The notes beneath the pieces were generated by a model, which had not been told where the DNA came from, did no database searches, and saw only the letters and a list, made by a program, of their open reading frames with translations. Positions 17,042 through 25,812 of a stretch of 64,000 bases of DNA are shown piece after piece (position 1 is the stretch's first letter; every line of letters begins with the position of its first letter). Both the position numbers and the translations under genes were made by a program. The stretch comes from a virus, in the IMG/VR virus record IMGVR_UViG_3300020473_000016. One strand, written 5' to 3'.

Positions 17042-18309
17042 CAGACCCATATGAAGGATTAAACATTCCAACAATTACACCTGATAATCGTAACTGGTTT
17101 CAAAGAAGACAAGATGCTACTAGAACCTGGATGTATGATTGGAAAGAAAATCTAGGCGATAGATATGAAGAGGGTAAGAGGATCCGAGCAGAAAACAGAG
17201 AAGAAGCAAAACTGGAAGCATTACAGAAAGCACAAGCAGCAGCACTGAAACCAGTTGGTCCTAGTTCTCAAGGATCAATAAGATATCCTGCTGATACTAT
17301 TGAATCAGAATCTGATTATGTACTCTTTAACTTTTATAGATACACTCCTCCATTTAAAACTGGTGGATCAAATACTACCAAATTAGGTGGAAACTTTCAG
17401 TTCAATTGGGGAGGTGGAGGTCAGGAAGAAAAAATAGCAGAACTTGCTGCTGCCGAAAACTCTAATACAACCCCACAACAATTACTGAATCAATATAATA
17501 AATCTGCTATGTATTCTAGGGAAGAAGTATTAAGTCCCATAATGTTATACATGCCAGAAGATGTATCAACTTCTTTCAAAGCAAACTGGACTGGTAAAGC
17601 ATTTAGTAACCTAGCAAGAGATGCTATGCAAGCAGCATCTGCTCAAGGTTGGGGTAAACTAACAGCTGCTGGTGATACGTTAAACAATGCTGTTAGAAAT
17701 GCTGTACCATTAACAGGAGCAGCTGCAATAAGAACAGCAACACAAAAAATTACTGGAGATAGTTTATCAAACGATGATGTTTTTGGAGCAATCAGTGGAG
17801 TTATCTTAAATCCAAATGCAGAAATGTTATTTGGTGGTATGGAATTTAGAAACTTCTCTTTAAATTATAAAATGGTTCCACGTAATCCAACAGAAGCAAG
17901 AAACATAAAAAATATTATAAAGACATTCAAGACAGCAATGTTACCATCCCATAGTACTGCTGGTAATGCTAAGATATTTGGTACTGATACATCTATGGTA
18001 TTTGATGAGAAAGCAGGATGGGACTTTACAGGATTCCTTAGTGCAATGAGGAATAATATGAACAGCATAGATAATGCATTCATTGCTGTTCCTAATCTAT
18101 GTCTTGTAAGTTTTATGAGTGGTAGTGGTTTGAATCAAAATGTACCACAGTATAAGATGTGTGCTATAACTAATGTAGATGCTAACTACACACCAGATGG
18201 TACATGGGCTACTTATGATGATGGAACACCAGTTGCTACAACATTAAATATATCATTCCAAGAAACAAAACTTATATTTGCAGAGGAAGTTGCAGGAGGA
18301 ACATTCTAA
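17038..18309 (+). CDS. gp48: Baseplate tail tube cap gp48
   Basis: IRYP, LYMP, ILNPNAEMLF.G..FRNFSLNYKMVPRN..EA, CAITNVDANYTPDG and FQET motifs. Confidence 0.85.
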   Translation: MTDPYEGLNIPTITPDNRNWFQRRQDATRTWMYDWKENLGDRYEEGKRIRAENREEAKLEALQKAQAAALKPVGPSSQGSIRYPADTIESESDYVLFNFYRYTPPFKTGGSNTTKLGGNFQFNWGGGGQEEKIAELAAAENSNTTPQQLLNQYNKSAMYSREEVLSPIMLYMPEDVSTSFKANWTGKAFSNLARDAMQAASAQGWGKLTAAGDTLNNAVRNAVPLTGAAAIRTATQKITGDSLSNDDVFGAISGVILNPNAEMLFGGMEFRNFSLNYKMVPRNPTEARNIKNIIKTFKTAMLPSHSTAGNAKIFGTDTSMVFDEKAGWDFTGFLSAMRNNMNSIDNAFIAVPNLCLVSFMSGSGLNQNVPQYKMCAITNVDANYTPDGTWATYDDGTPVATTLNISFQETKLIFAEEVAGGTF

Positions 18310-18311
18310 TC

Positions 18312-18950
18312 ATGTACTTCACAAATCTACCAAACATAAGATACAACGACAAACCTATCAGTTATCCTTACTCAGATGCTGATAAAGTTATCGTAAAAAA
18401 TCTTTTCAGAAGATATAAAATAGATGATAACTTGTTCTCTTATGGTGTTTTCTTTAAGAAATATACTATAAAAGATGGAGATAGACCTGATACATTAGCT
18501 AACCAAGCATACGGTGATCCATTTTTTGATTGGGTAATATTACTAACAAATAATATGGTCAACGTACAATATGATTGGCCAATGACTAACTATGAAATCT
18601 ATAAAACATTAGAGAGTGAGTATGATGATCCATATAATGAGATACATCACTACGAAATCTTAGAAGATTATGATAGGTATAAGAAAGGTACTTGGGTAGA
18701 CAAAAACTTTTATGATTCTACACATAAGTTCTACAATAAAGATACTGGTACTTATATAAACAAAGCAGGTAATACTATAGCAACATCAATTCCTGTTGCA
18801 GAACACTTTACGAAAGAGAATTTAAAGAAGAGAGAAATATACTTATTAAAACCTAGATACTTCAACAAATTTGTAGAAGACTTTAAAAAGCAGAACAAGT
18901 ATAAGAAATCATCTAATTATATTTCAACTACACTAAAGAGTACTAGCTAG
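18312..18950 (+). CDS. gp53: Baseplate wedge protein gp53
   Basis: MYF..LP, YTIKDGDRPDTLA..YGD...DWVILLTN, YDWP and IHHYE motifs. Confidence 0.9.
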   Translation: MYFTNLPNIRYNDKPISYPYSDADKVIVKNLFRRYKIDDNLFSYGVFFKKYTIKDGDRPDTLANQAYGDPFFDWVILLTNNMVNVQYDWPMTNYEIYKTLESEYDDPYNEIHHYEILEDYDRYKKGTWVDKNFYDSTHKFYNKDTGTYINKAGNTIATSIPVAEHFTKENLKKREIYLLKPRYFNKFVEDFKKQNKYKKSSNYISTTLKSTS

Positions 18951-18993
18951 ACTTTTTGGGCAAAAAAATACCCCGAAAATTTTTCGGGGTTTT
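18947..18993. terminator. Bidirectional terminator-like palindrome (element copy B)
   Basis: ACCCCGAAAA-T-TTTTCGGGGT flanked by an A-run and a T-run at the convergent gp53/19004 junction, preceded by CTAGACTTTTTG. Confidence 0.75.
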
Positions 18994-19003
18994 AAGGAAC
19001 TGA

Positions 19004-19543
19004 TTAACAGTTTTTGCTGAGGTCTTCTGCCATGCTCCCACCAATTTCTGCACCTTGATCCATTCCGATCATCGTAGCTGCACCAGCAAGAACCCAACCG
19101 ACATAAGGAATAGAGGCGACACCAGTAGTAGCAACAGCACCACCGAGGCTACCCCCAACGATTCTTCCTGTTCCTTCTCCTGATCCGATTGCTTTGATAC
19201 ATGCTTCTGATTTACCAGATTCGATTGGGTTGTGAAACTTTGCCTGATCACGGAGTTTTGAATCAACAGGTACTTCTTTAACGACACTTTTAGTTTCGTT
19301 AGCGAATCCCAGAAAGCCACCTTTCTCCTTCACCTCCTCAGTTATCACAACAGTCTTAGGATCATTTGCTCTGTATTCTATTTCATATCCATCCATTGAA
19401 ACCTTTGCCTTGTAAGAAGTGTACTCACTTACAGGTAGATTTAATGATGGCATTTTACTGGGACGATTGGATAACATACCAATCATACCAATATGGGACA
19501 CCCCTAAGAGTGTCCCTAAACTTATACTAATCCATTTATTCAT
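19004..19543 (-). CDS. Membrane protein with C-terminal glycine zipper
   Basis: Likely start MNKWISISLG at 19543. N-terminal hydrophobic segment and GRIVGGSLGGAVA..IPYVGWVLAGAA zipper. Confidence 0.7.
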   Translation of the reverse strand: MNKWISISLGTLLGVSHIGMIGMLSNRPSKMPSLNLPVSEYTSYKAKVSMDGYEIEYRANDPKTVVITEEVKEKGGFLGFANETKSVVKEVPVDSKLRDQAKFHNPIESGKSEACIKAIGSGEGTGRIVGGSLGGAVATTGVASIPYVGWVLAGAATMIGMDQGAEIGGSMAEDLSKNC

Positions 19544-19766
19544 ATTGATTTCTCTCATCTGGGGGAATTTCATCCTTTTTCTCATCCTTTTCAGGGTATA
19601 TTCTTTTATCATCTGATTCATATGGTGGTTGCACAGATGTAATAAAAGTACTAAGGTCTGGTGGTGCAGTACCACTAACAACAGCAGAACCAGTAGCAAC
19701 AATACCCAACGTGAGTGTTGTTGCAATCATCGTGGCTTCTGCCAACTGTAAAAGTTCAACTAACAC
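19536..19766 (-). CDS. Small hypothetical membrane protein
   Basis: 76 aa with one hydrophobic segment, downstream of a sigma70-like promoter. Confidence 0.6.
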   Translation of the reverse strand: MLVELLQLAEATMIATTLTLGIVATGSAVVSGTAPPDLSTFITSVQPPYESDDKRIYPEKDEKKDEIPPDERNQYE

Positions 19767-19788
19767 TGGTCTTTTAATTACTATACAA

Positions 19789-19833
19789 AGTATAGCATGA
19801 GAAAGGGGGGTGTGTCTACCCCCTGTGCCACTT
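19789..19833 (-). promoter_or_regulatory. Sigma70-like promoter with upstream AAGTGGCAC motif
   Basis: TAGACA-N18-TATACT, overlapped by a GGGGGT/ACCCCC hairpin. Confidence 0.5.
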
Positions 19834-20018
19834 TAATAATCGTCATCCTTACTCTCAATGTATTCTTTGTTCCGTTTGCAAACACCATGCACATCTATTT
19901 CTTGATGAAGATGTGCCATAGTATGCAGTGCTTCTATACCACCGAAGCATATTATTAACATCATTGGTAGCATCCATAATGGATGACTTGCTACTTCTCC
20001 TGTGGTTCTTTTAGACAT
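19833..20018 (-). CDS. Small hypothetical membrane protein
   Basis: 61 aa with hydrophobic core LWMLPMMLIICFGGI. Confidence 0.6.
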   Translation of the reverse strand: MSKRTTGEVASHPLWMLPMMLIICFGGIEALHTMAHLHQEIDVHGVCKRNKEYIESKDDDY

Positions 20019-20692
20019 GGTAGATCAAAAAGTACTGTGTTTATGTATTCATCAGCCCATTCTTTATCAAATAACTTCTCTAGTATACCACGAGTCTTGT
20101 CGTTCTTCTTCTGTTGGTTACAATAATATACCTGATCATCATACCTCTTCATAGTATCAACCCACACATCATCCTTCAATGTATGATGTATATCATTAGA
20201 GAATACATTAAGATAGTTCATAACAATACAATAGAAATTTGCTATCTCTATGCTCTTACTAATACGCATGAACTTACAGTAAGGTGAGAAGATTTCGTCT
20301 GCCCACAATGGTAGCGGCCTTCTCTCACTAAATGTAAAGTTGTTACTGATCTCTCTTATCTGACTGTAGAATCTATCATCTACACCATGAACAGGAGACA
20401 CATCAACGATAGCAGCAGTGATTGACTTGTCAGTAGCAACTATATCACATCCAAAGATAGGTAGATTGTAATGTGGATCAGGATAGAATATAGAATGTAG
20501 TATCTTCAATCCATTTAGATCTGCTATCTCAACATGCATCTTCCTGAGTGAAGGACACTGATACATCTTGTTTGTAATGATCAAGTCATCCTTCTTCACT
20601 TCAGGAAATGGACTCTCTAATGATTTGACATCAGGAAAACTCTCCATCACCTGAGTGATTGTAAATGATAGATCGTCTACAATGTCACGCAT
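19991..20692 (-). CDS. pcyA: Phycocyanobilin:ferredoxin oxidoreductase
   Basis: LRKMHVEIA..LKILHSIFYP.P.YNLPIFGCDIVA....TAAIVDVSP, R.LP.W..IFS, and QQKKNDKTRGILEK.F..WAD.YI..VLFD. Confidence 0.9.
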   Translation of the reverse strand: MRDIVDDLSFTITQVMESFPDVKSLESPFPEVKKDDLIITNKMYQCPSLRKMHVEIADLNGLKILHSIFYPDPHYNLPIFGCDIVATDKSITAAIVDVSPVHGVDDRFYSQIREISNNFTFSERRPLPLWADEIFSPYCKFMRISKSIEIANFYCIVMNYLNVFSNDIHHTLKDDVWVDTMKRYDDQVYYCNQQKKNDKTRGILEKLFDKEWADEYINTVLFDLPCLKEPQEK

Positions 20693-21356
20693 AACTGAAA
20701 AAGAACTCCCTGATTAATTTTTCTGACTCTTCCTTACCAAATGCATTGGATAAGTATCCTGAGATAGGATCAAGTCTTATCATATACTTATCAAAATCAT
20801 GATACAAACTTGTATCCATACCAGTAGGTTTTGCTTTCTCTATCATCTCTTTATAAAGTGACAAATAATATTTGAATGTTGGTATATATGTATCAACCTG
20901 TGACATTTCACAGTACCTTACAAATATATTATTAGAGAAGTGATTACCTGGTTCAAAGAAACGATATGTTTCTTCTGTCTTAGGTAATGGTGGTACATCT
21001 AATAGATAATTTTCTACTGGATGTTGGAAATCAAATACTATGATAACTTTCTTCTCAAAGAAACCCATAAGATCCATCCCAAAACAAGGAAGGTTAGCCC
21101 CTGTCTTAGGATAGATCACATTGTTATGGATATTTAATTTGTCATCCCAGATGTCAACATGTCTGGACTTAATAAAATACTGACCTGAATACAGGTCAGC
21201 AGTAAGATGGACATCTCTTTTATTAGTCCAATGAACATGTTGTTTCTCAAACTTCAGGTCAGGAAAAGTCTCAAAGACTACTGACCTGTAGTTTTTCCAG
21301 AGATCATTACTCCTCTGCGAGTTGTCTGAAGTAGGAGAGTGCATCATCATCTTCAA
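20685..21356 (-). CDS. pebS: Phycoerythrobilin synthase (start codon uncertain)
   Basis: YPKTGANLPCFGMDLM..FEKKVIIVFDFQHP, YRFFE.GNHFS.NIFVRYC and LDP..GY match cyanophage PebS as I know it. Confidence 0.9.
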   Translation of the reverse strand: MKMMMHSPTSDNSQRSNDLWKNYRSVVFETFPDLKFEKQHVHWTNKRDVHLTADLYSGQYFIKSRHVDIWDDKLNIHNNVIYPKTGANLPCFGMDLMGFFEKKVIIVFDFQHPVENYLLDVPPLPKTEETYRFFEPGNHFSNNIFVRYCEMSQVDTYIPTFKYYLSLYKEMIEKAKPTGMDTSLYHDFDKYMIRLDPISGYLSNAFGKEESEKLIREFFFSYA

Positions 21357-22206
21357 CTATTGTTTCTTCTTTCACTGGAACATTCGCACTTACTTTAGCA
21401 CGAAATGATGAAGGTTCAGGTGCAGCAACTGGTTCAAACTCCTCACTATCTACAGTAGGAACTGGTGCAGGTCTCTTTGCTAAACCGAGAACAAGATTCA
21501 ATCTCTTCTCTAGGTCTTCGTAAGACTTGAACTGATCCTTAGCAACAAATGCTTCTAAGGAATGTTCTTTCTTCCAGATCGTTTCCAATTCAGTATCATC
21601 TGAACTAAGAGCAGACACACTATCAAACTCACTGCTGTCATAGTTCCAGAAACCTGCTACTTTTTTAATCTTCAACTTAAAGTTTGCACCTTCCCAAAGA
21701 TCAAACACATTGATAGGTGTCTCATCTTGGAACTCAGGTTGCATTGCTGCAAGAATCTTGTCATGGATCTTCTTACCATACTTATATAAGAATGTTTTGC
21801 CCTCGTTCTCAGGGTTCTTAGGATCCTTAACAACTAAGATGTTACTGTAGTAAGATAGCTTACGCTTCTGTCTACGTGCAACCTCTTTACCTTCCTCTGT
21901 TCCAGCGTTCCAATGCTGTCTGTTTACCTCACCAACTGGATCCTTCTCACCTACTGTAGTGAGAGAGTTCTCGATGTACCAACCGCCAGGCCCTTGAAAG
22001 GCATGTGAATAAACCTTTGCCCATGGAACTGTCTCACCATCTGGTGCAGGAAGGAAACGAATAACAGCGTAACCATTACCTGATGCATCGACTTCAGGTT
22101 TCCAGAACCTTTCATCTACCTGCTTACCACTAACTGTTTTCTCTAATTCTTTTTGTAAAAATTCTAAATTATTTCTTGACTTCTTTTTTAATTGTGCAAA
22201 TGACAT
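21307..22206 (-). CDS. gp32: Single-stranded DNA-binding protein gp32
   Basis: DERFWKP..D.SGNGYAVIRFLPAP, ENSLTT, RKLSYYSNI, GANFKLKI, NYD.SEF and an acidic tail. Confidence 0.95.
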   Translation of the reverse strand: MSFAQLKKKSRNNLEFLQKELEKTVSGKQVDERFWKPEVDASGNGYAVIRFLPAPDGETVPWAKVYSHAFQGPGGWYIENSLTTVGEKDPVGEVNRQHWNAGTEEGKEVARRQKRKLSYYSNILVVKDPKNPENEGKTFLYKYGKKIHDKILAAMQPEFQDETPINVFDLWEGANFKLKIKKVAGFWNYDSSEFDSVSALSSDDTELETIWKKEHSLEAFVAKDQFKSYEDLEKRLNLVLGLAKRPAPVPTVDSEEFEPVAAPEPSSFRAKVSANVPVKEETIVEDDDALSYFRQLAEE

Positions 22207-22239
22207 TAAGATTACCTCGTATTTAATCGGATTTGTTTA

Positions 22240-22436
22240 GGGTGGGAGATAGGAATAATGTATACCTACAAGTACAGGGCATTTCTACATAAGTAAATTT
22301 TTACTGTACTGCATGAGTCCTGTCTGGTTAAACAGTTCTGTGTTGCCACAGCGAGCACCACCTCTGACTCATCACCTTAACTAGACCATTGCCAGCAAGT
22401 TTGTTCAGTCACTCCCATGTGAGGTGATCAACCCCA
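22240..22436 (-). ncRNA. manA-like structured RNA
   Basis: GGGAGTGACTGAACAAAC..GTTAAGGTGATGAGTCAGAGGTGGTGCTCGCTG..GACTCATGC..TGTAG.AATGCC..CTCCC. Closing stem TGGGAG/CTCCCA and inner stems GAGTC/GACTC and GTACAG/CTGTAC. Family assigned from memory of the motif. Confidence 0.7.
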
Positions 22437-22444
22437 CAAGAGAT

Positions 22445-22473
22445 ACTATAACCCAATACTATTTATTTGTCAA
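22445..22473 (-). promoter_or_regulatory. Sigma70-like promoter with embedded late motif
   Basis: TTGACA-N17-TATAGT with ATAAATA in the spacer. Drives the manA-like RNA and gp32. Confidence 0.75.
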
Positions 22474-22805
22474 CCCTCTTCCAACTTCTCTCTCATTATG
22501 TTAATCTTCTCTAACAATTCATCAAACATCTTTTCTATCGGTGTGTCTGGGGTAGCACCTAGCATTACTATACCTGCCTTCATAGATTCTACAACAGACT
22601 TTGCTTCAGGGTCATCACTCAACTGAAGACGAGCATGAAATATCTTTTGCTTCTCAATTAATTTTTCTAATGCCTCAAAGTATTCTATTTTTCTTTGTGG
22701 ATCTAGTAATATAAAATTCATAGCAGATCTAAAACAGAACTGCTGTAGTTCTATCATCTCTTGGATGTCTCCACGAACTAACTCTGACTGAAAGAATTTA
22801 CTCAT
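22470..22805 (-). CDS. Conserved hypothetical protein (DUF1825-like)
   Basis: FFQSELVRGDIQEM..LQ..LIEKQKIFHARLQLSDDPEA. Usual position next to gp33. Confidence 0.7.
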   Translation of the reverse strand: MSKFFQSELVRGDIQEMIELQQFCFRSAMNFILLDPQRKIEYFEALEKLIEKQKIFHARLQLSDDPEAKSVVESMKAGIVMLGATPDTPIEKMFDELLEKINIMREKLEEG

Positions 22806-23056
22806 ACTAACATCAACTTGGCACGACTTGTTTTTTTAATGAAGTTTAGTTCTTGTGCTTCATAGCGAAGCTTTTCTTTTAAAGGTTTGCTGATTAACTT
22901 ACCTACGTTATCTAGTTCAATCTCATTTTCTTCACAGTAGTGGATAACCGAATCAATATAGTTCATGTCTGGATTGTGTAGGGCAATCTTCTCCACTTCC
23001 TGCGAGAATTTCGCAGCGGTCATAAATTTATCCTCAAGTAATTGTTTTTTATCCAT
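22802..23056 (-). CDS. gp33: Late transcription coactivator gp33
   Basis: FSQEVEKI..NYIDSVIHYCEENEIE...KLISKPLKEKL..EA..LNF. Confidence 0.9.
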   Translation of the reverse strand: MDKKQLLEDKFMTAAKFSQEVEKIALHNPDMNYIDSVIHYCEENEIELDNVGKLISKPLKEKLRYEAQELNFIKKTSRAKLMLV

Positions 23057-23741
23057 ATCGTTGTTGGTACTCGTCGATGTAGTCTATGAGTTTAAGAAGA
23101 TACTCCTTCTTAGGTGGCTTAATTACGACTTGAGTTTCGCCATTCTCACAAGCAACAATAGTTACGAGTTGTTTGACAGTTAGACTGTATAATTCTTGCA
23201 AGCAACATGCATACGCTGTCTCTTGAAGGAAGTAATCATACATGTATGTTTCCTTCTTAGGTTCAGCAGAAGTTTTAAAATCTATTATGGATAACTCTCC
23301 ATCAAATTCAGCAATACAATCTACACGACCAGCAATCTCAAGATGATTTGAGTACAGTGCTCCTTCCTGTAGATAGATATTATTTATTCTATCTAGTACA
23401 TGCTTACTATTATGAAACATAATGGTAGGCAGAGGATACTTTTTATATTCATCTATGTCTAGTTTATTATTAAAATAATCTTCAACTATAGAATGATACT
23501 TTGTACCACGAGCAGCAGAACGTGAGGAGATTGCTGCTGCCTTCTCCTTACCTACTCGTGCTCTCCACTTAGCAAGACCTGCTTGCTTCTTAGCATTGCT
23601 ACCGATGACAGTGGTGACTGATGGATAGTGTTTACCATCTGGTGTGAGGTAAACTCTCTTACCATCTACCATCTCTGCTTTCATCTCAAGTGGAAAGCAT
23701 TTCACCTGATGATTGAATGGTGTGTGAGTACGTGTTGTCAT
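23049..23741 (-). CDS. PD-(D/E)xK exonuclease
   Basis: YPSVTTV, W..RVG, RGT..H, AGRVDCIAE..GELSIIDFKTS, YFLQ..AYA. Confidence 0.85.
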   Translation of the reverse strand: MTTRTHTPFNHQVKCFPLEMKAEMVDGKRVYLTPDGKHYPSVTTVIGSNAKKQAGLAKWRARVGKEKAAAISSRSAARGTKYHSIVEDYFNNKLDIDEYKKYPLPTIMFHNSKHVLDRINNIYLQEGALYSNHLEIAGRVDCIAEFDGELSIIDFKTSAEPKKETYMYDYFLQETAYACCLQELYSLTVKQLVTIVACENGETQVVIKPPKKEYLLKLIDYIDEYQQRYG

Positions 23742-24490
23742 AAACCCATATTAATTTTACTAATCAAGTACGACTTAACAAGACCAGAACGAACGATGTC
23801 CTCTATATTAAATTCAATTAAAGAGAACTCAGGCATTGTCTGTAAGATCTTTTGGAAATCTAAGATGCCTGTGCGTTCATTAGTCTTAACTAAATCTGTC
23901 TGAGCAGCATCACCACAGAATACTATCTTACTGTCTTGTCCAACTCTTGTTATTATACTATCAAGTTCATGAAAATTCAAGTTCTGACACTCATCAACTA
24001 TAACAATAGCATTATCAAATGTAGTACCACGTATGAATGAGGTAGACCAGAAAGAAATAGTTTCTTGTGCCTTTAGATTATGATACAGCATTTCATATGA
24101 TGCATCATCTGGCATCTCAAACATCGCTTGTACCATCTTCTTGTATGGTACTTGATATAAGAATGACTTATCATCAGCATCACCAGGTAAGAAACCAATC
24201 TCTCTTGATGGTACAAGAGATCGTACAAGGTAAATCTTTTCGTAAGGAGTAGTCTCACTAAGTACATCTTGTAATGCTTTATACATTGCAATGAATGTCT
24301 TGCCTGTACCTGCTACACCATAAGCATAGATCATTTTACCAGCATCCCACTCATCAAAGAAAATCTTTTGATTATCAGTGAGTGGTTCAATAGGAAACAT
24401 TAGTTCCTGATTGATTGGCTTGCGTCTTTTCTTTTGCTTGGCAGTCATACCCTGACCTGGTGCTTTAGTTGTTTTCTTTTTTACTGGCAT
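23738..24490 (-). CDS. phoH: PhoH-like ATPase
   Basis: G.AGTGKT, IGFLPG, SFIRGTTF, IVDECQN, GD..QTDL and DIVRSGLV. Confidence 0.95.
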   Translation of the reverse strand: MPVKKKTTKAPGQGMTAKQKKRRKPINQELMFPIEPLTDNQKIFFDEWDAGKMIYAYGVAGTGKTFIAMYKALQDVLSETTPYEKIYLVRSLVPSREIGFLPGDADDKSFLYQVPYKKMVQAMFEMPDDASYEMLYHNLKAQETISFWSTSFIRGTTFDNAIVIVDECQNLNFHELDSIITRVGQDSKIVFCGDAAQTDLVKTNERTGILDFQKILQTMPEFSLIEFNIEDIVRSGLVKSYLISKINMGL

Positions 24491-24491
24491 G

Positions 24492-24755
24492 TTAATTATA
24501 CTTGTCTGTGATACTGCGGTTGTTATACCTTGCTGCTTTAGGTACTATTTTATTCTTCATTATATCACCCCAACCAGGATGTGTCTTGTTCATTTTATCA
24601 CGCCACTCACCTACCTCACCAGAACCAGCACATCCTTTTGACCAGTCTTTGTCCCAGTCAGGATTCTCTTCTCTCCACTCATCGTAGGCTTTCATAGACA
24701 TCATGAGTTCTTTCTCTTCACCAGTCTTTAAATTTTTTACAGGATATGTTGGCAT
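24492..24755 (-). CDS. Conserved hypothetical protein (MPTYP N-terminus)
   Basis: Likely start MPTYPVKN at 24755 (TAATG overlap with thyX). Confidence 0.7.
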   Translation of the reverse strand: MPTYPVKNLKTGEEKELMMSMKAYDEWREENPDWDKDWSKGCAGSGEVGEWRDKMNKTHPGWGDIMKNKIVPKAARYNNRSITDKYN

Positions 24756-25390
24756 TATTTCCACTCCAATGCTTTAGATGTAATAGGAAACTGTTCTATA
24801 AAAACATCTCTACATGCGTGAGCAATTTCCATGTGTTCTTTTTGTGTACCGTGTCCAGAACGTAGTTCTATGTAGTGAATCCATGAACGAACACTACCAG
24901 TCATGTATATTCTGGTTGGTGATGCTAATGGGAGAACAAATCTCGCACACTCCTTCGCAATGCCCTCACGTATAAGTTCATTGTATAAGTCCATCGCTTC
25001 ATAGAAATGCCTAGAGATCTGGTTCTTGAGCCTCTTCTGTTGTTCTTCTGGTATGTCATCTATACTATTCTGACGATTCTTACTGTCCTGACTGCGTAAT
25101 TCAGGTAAAGGTATACCCATCTTCAACCAGTTCACATCAGCATAACGTTGAGAGAACTCTTGGAATGTAAATGATCTATGCCTTAGTATCTGTGCAGCAA
25201 GACCACGAGTGGTCTCAATTTCCACAGTAAGGTATGCTTGTTCAAAGACGGACCAATGACCGTGCTTTATACAATAACTTAGCAAACCAGCCACGTTTGG
25301 GTTGTCTTGGTTCTTCGGGTTGCTCACCCTTGCTACGTACCCCATGTGCTTCTCGGCATCTGGAGTCACTGTCACTAGCTTCACGTTCAT
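24755..25390 (-). CDS. thyX: FAD-dependent thymidylate synthase
   Basis: ARVSNP, HWSVFE, QILRHRSFTFQEFSQRY (RHRx7S) and TQKEH. Likely start MNVKLV at 25390. Confidence 0.95.
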   Translation of the reverse strand: MNVKLVTVTPDAEKHMGYVARVSNPKNQDNPNVAGLLSYCIKHGHWSVFEQAYLTVEIETTRGLAAQILRHRSFTFQEFSQRYADVNWLKMGIPLPELRSQDSKNRQNSIDDIPEEQQKRLKNQISRHFYEAMDLYNELIREGIAKECARFVLPLASPTRIYMTGSVRSWIHYIELRSGHGTQKEHMEIAHACRDVFIEQFPITSKALEWK

Positions 25391-25526
25391 GTTGTTTTTC
25401 TTCACGTTTTATACGTTTACGTACCATTTTAGCATACTTTACCTCTTCTTTGGTATAAAGTAGGGGGTTCTGTTTTGCTATCTTAATAATTTTCTTTGCT
25501 GCCTTCTTGTCTTTCATATTTGCCAT
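25242..25526 (-). CDS. Small basic protein; 3' end overlaps thyX
   Basis: Lys/Arg-rich N-terminal half lies outside thyX. The rest overlaps the thyX 5' end by about 150 nt. Confidence 0.45.
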   Translation of the reverse strand: MANMKDKKAAKKIIKIAKQNPLLYTKEEVKYAKMVRKRIKREEKQHEREASDSDSRCREAHGVRSKGEQPEEPRQPKRGWFAKLLYKARSLVRL

Positions 25527-25701
25527 AGTAGGCTTTGAAGTAACCTACTACTCCATTCGATGTGACCTGTTTGTTACACCATTCGTCAGCACACATGTAG
25601 ATATACCTGGTTGGGAAAGAGCTGCTATAATTACTGAGTAATAATTTCAGAACATGCTCTCGAAGATGAAGCAGTTCATCGCCTTCTAATTTCTGTGCCA
25701 T
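25483..25701 (-). CDS. Hypothetical protein
   Basis: 72-aa codirectional ORF. Confidence 0.6.
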   Translation of the reverse strand: MAQKLEGDELLHLREHVLKLLLSNYSSSFPTRYIYMCADEWCNKQVTSNGVVGYFKAYYGKYERQEGSKENY

Positions 25702-25740
25702 GATGGGTAATCATACTTATTATATAGGTTAGCATAGTGA

Positions 25741-25787
25741 CTCGACTTTTGCAACAAAAAAATCCTGGAAAAATTTTTCCAGGATTT
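25741..25787 (-). terminator. Terminator-like perfect palindrome (element copy C)
   Basis: 28-bp palindrome AAATCCTGGAAAAA/TTTTTCCAGGATTT with a T-run on the minus strand, preceded on the plus strand by CTCGACTTTTG. Confidence 0.75.
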
Positions 25788-25812
25788 ATGAAACCACTAT
25801 GTGATTTTTGAA

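Noticed and set aside
19069-19320. 83-aa hydrophobic +1 ORF inside the glycine-zipper gene
   Set aside because: Explained by GGT/GCT-rich codons giving Val/Leu in the +1 frame; no SD.
24073-24291. 72-aa +1 ORF inside phoH
   Set aside because: No codon or GC shift and no SD; it serves as a chance-level comparison for the nested ORFs.
25242-25390. Extension of the basic ORF into thyX as a possible dual-coding region
   Set aside because: Most simply a lost stop codon near the thyX start; no supporting signature.
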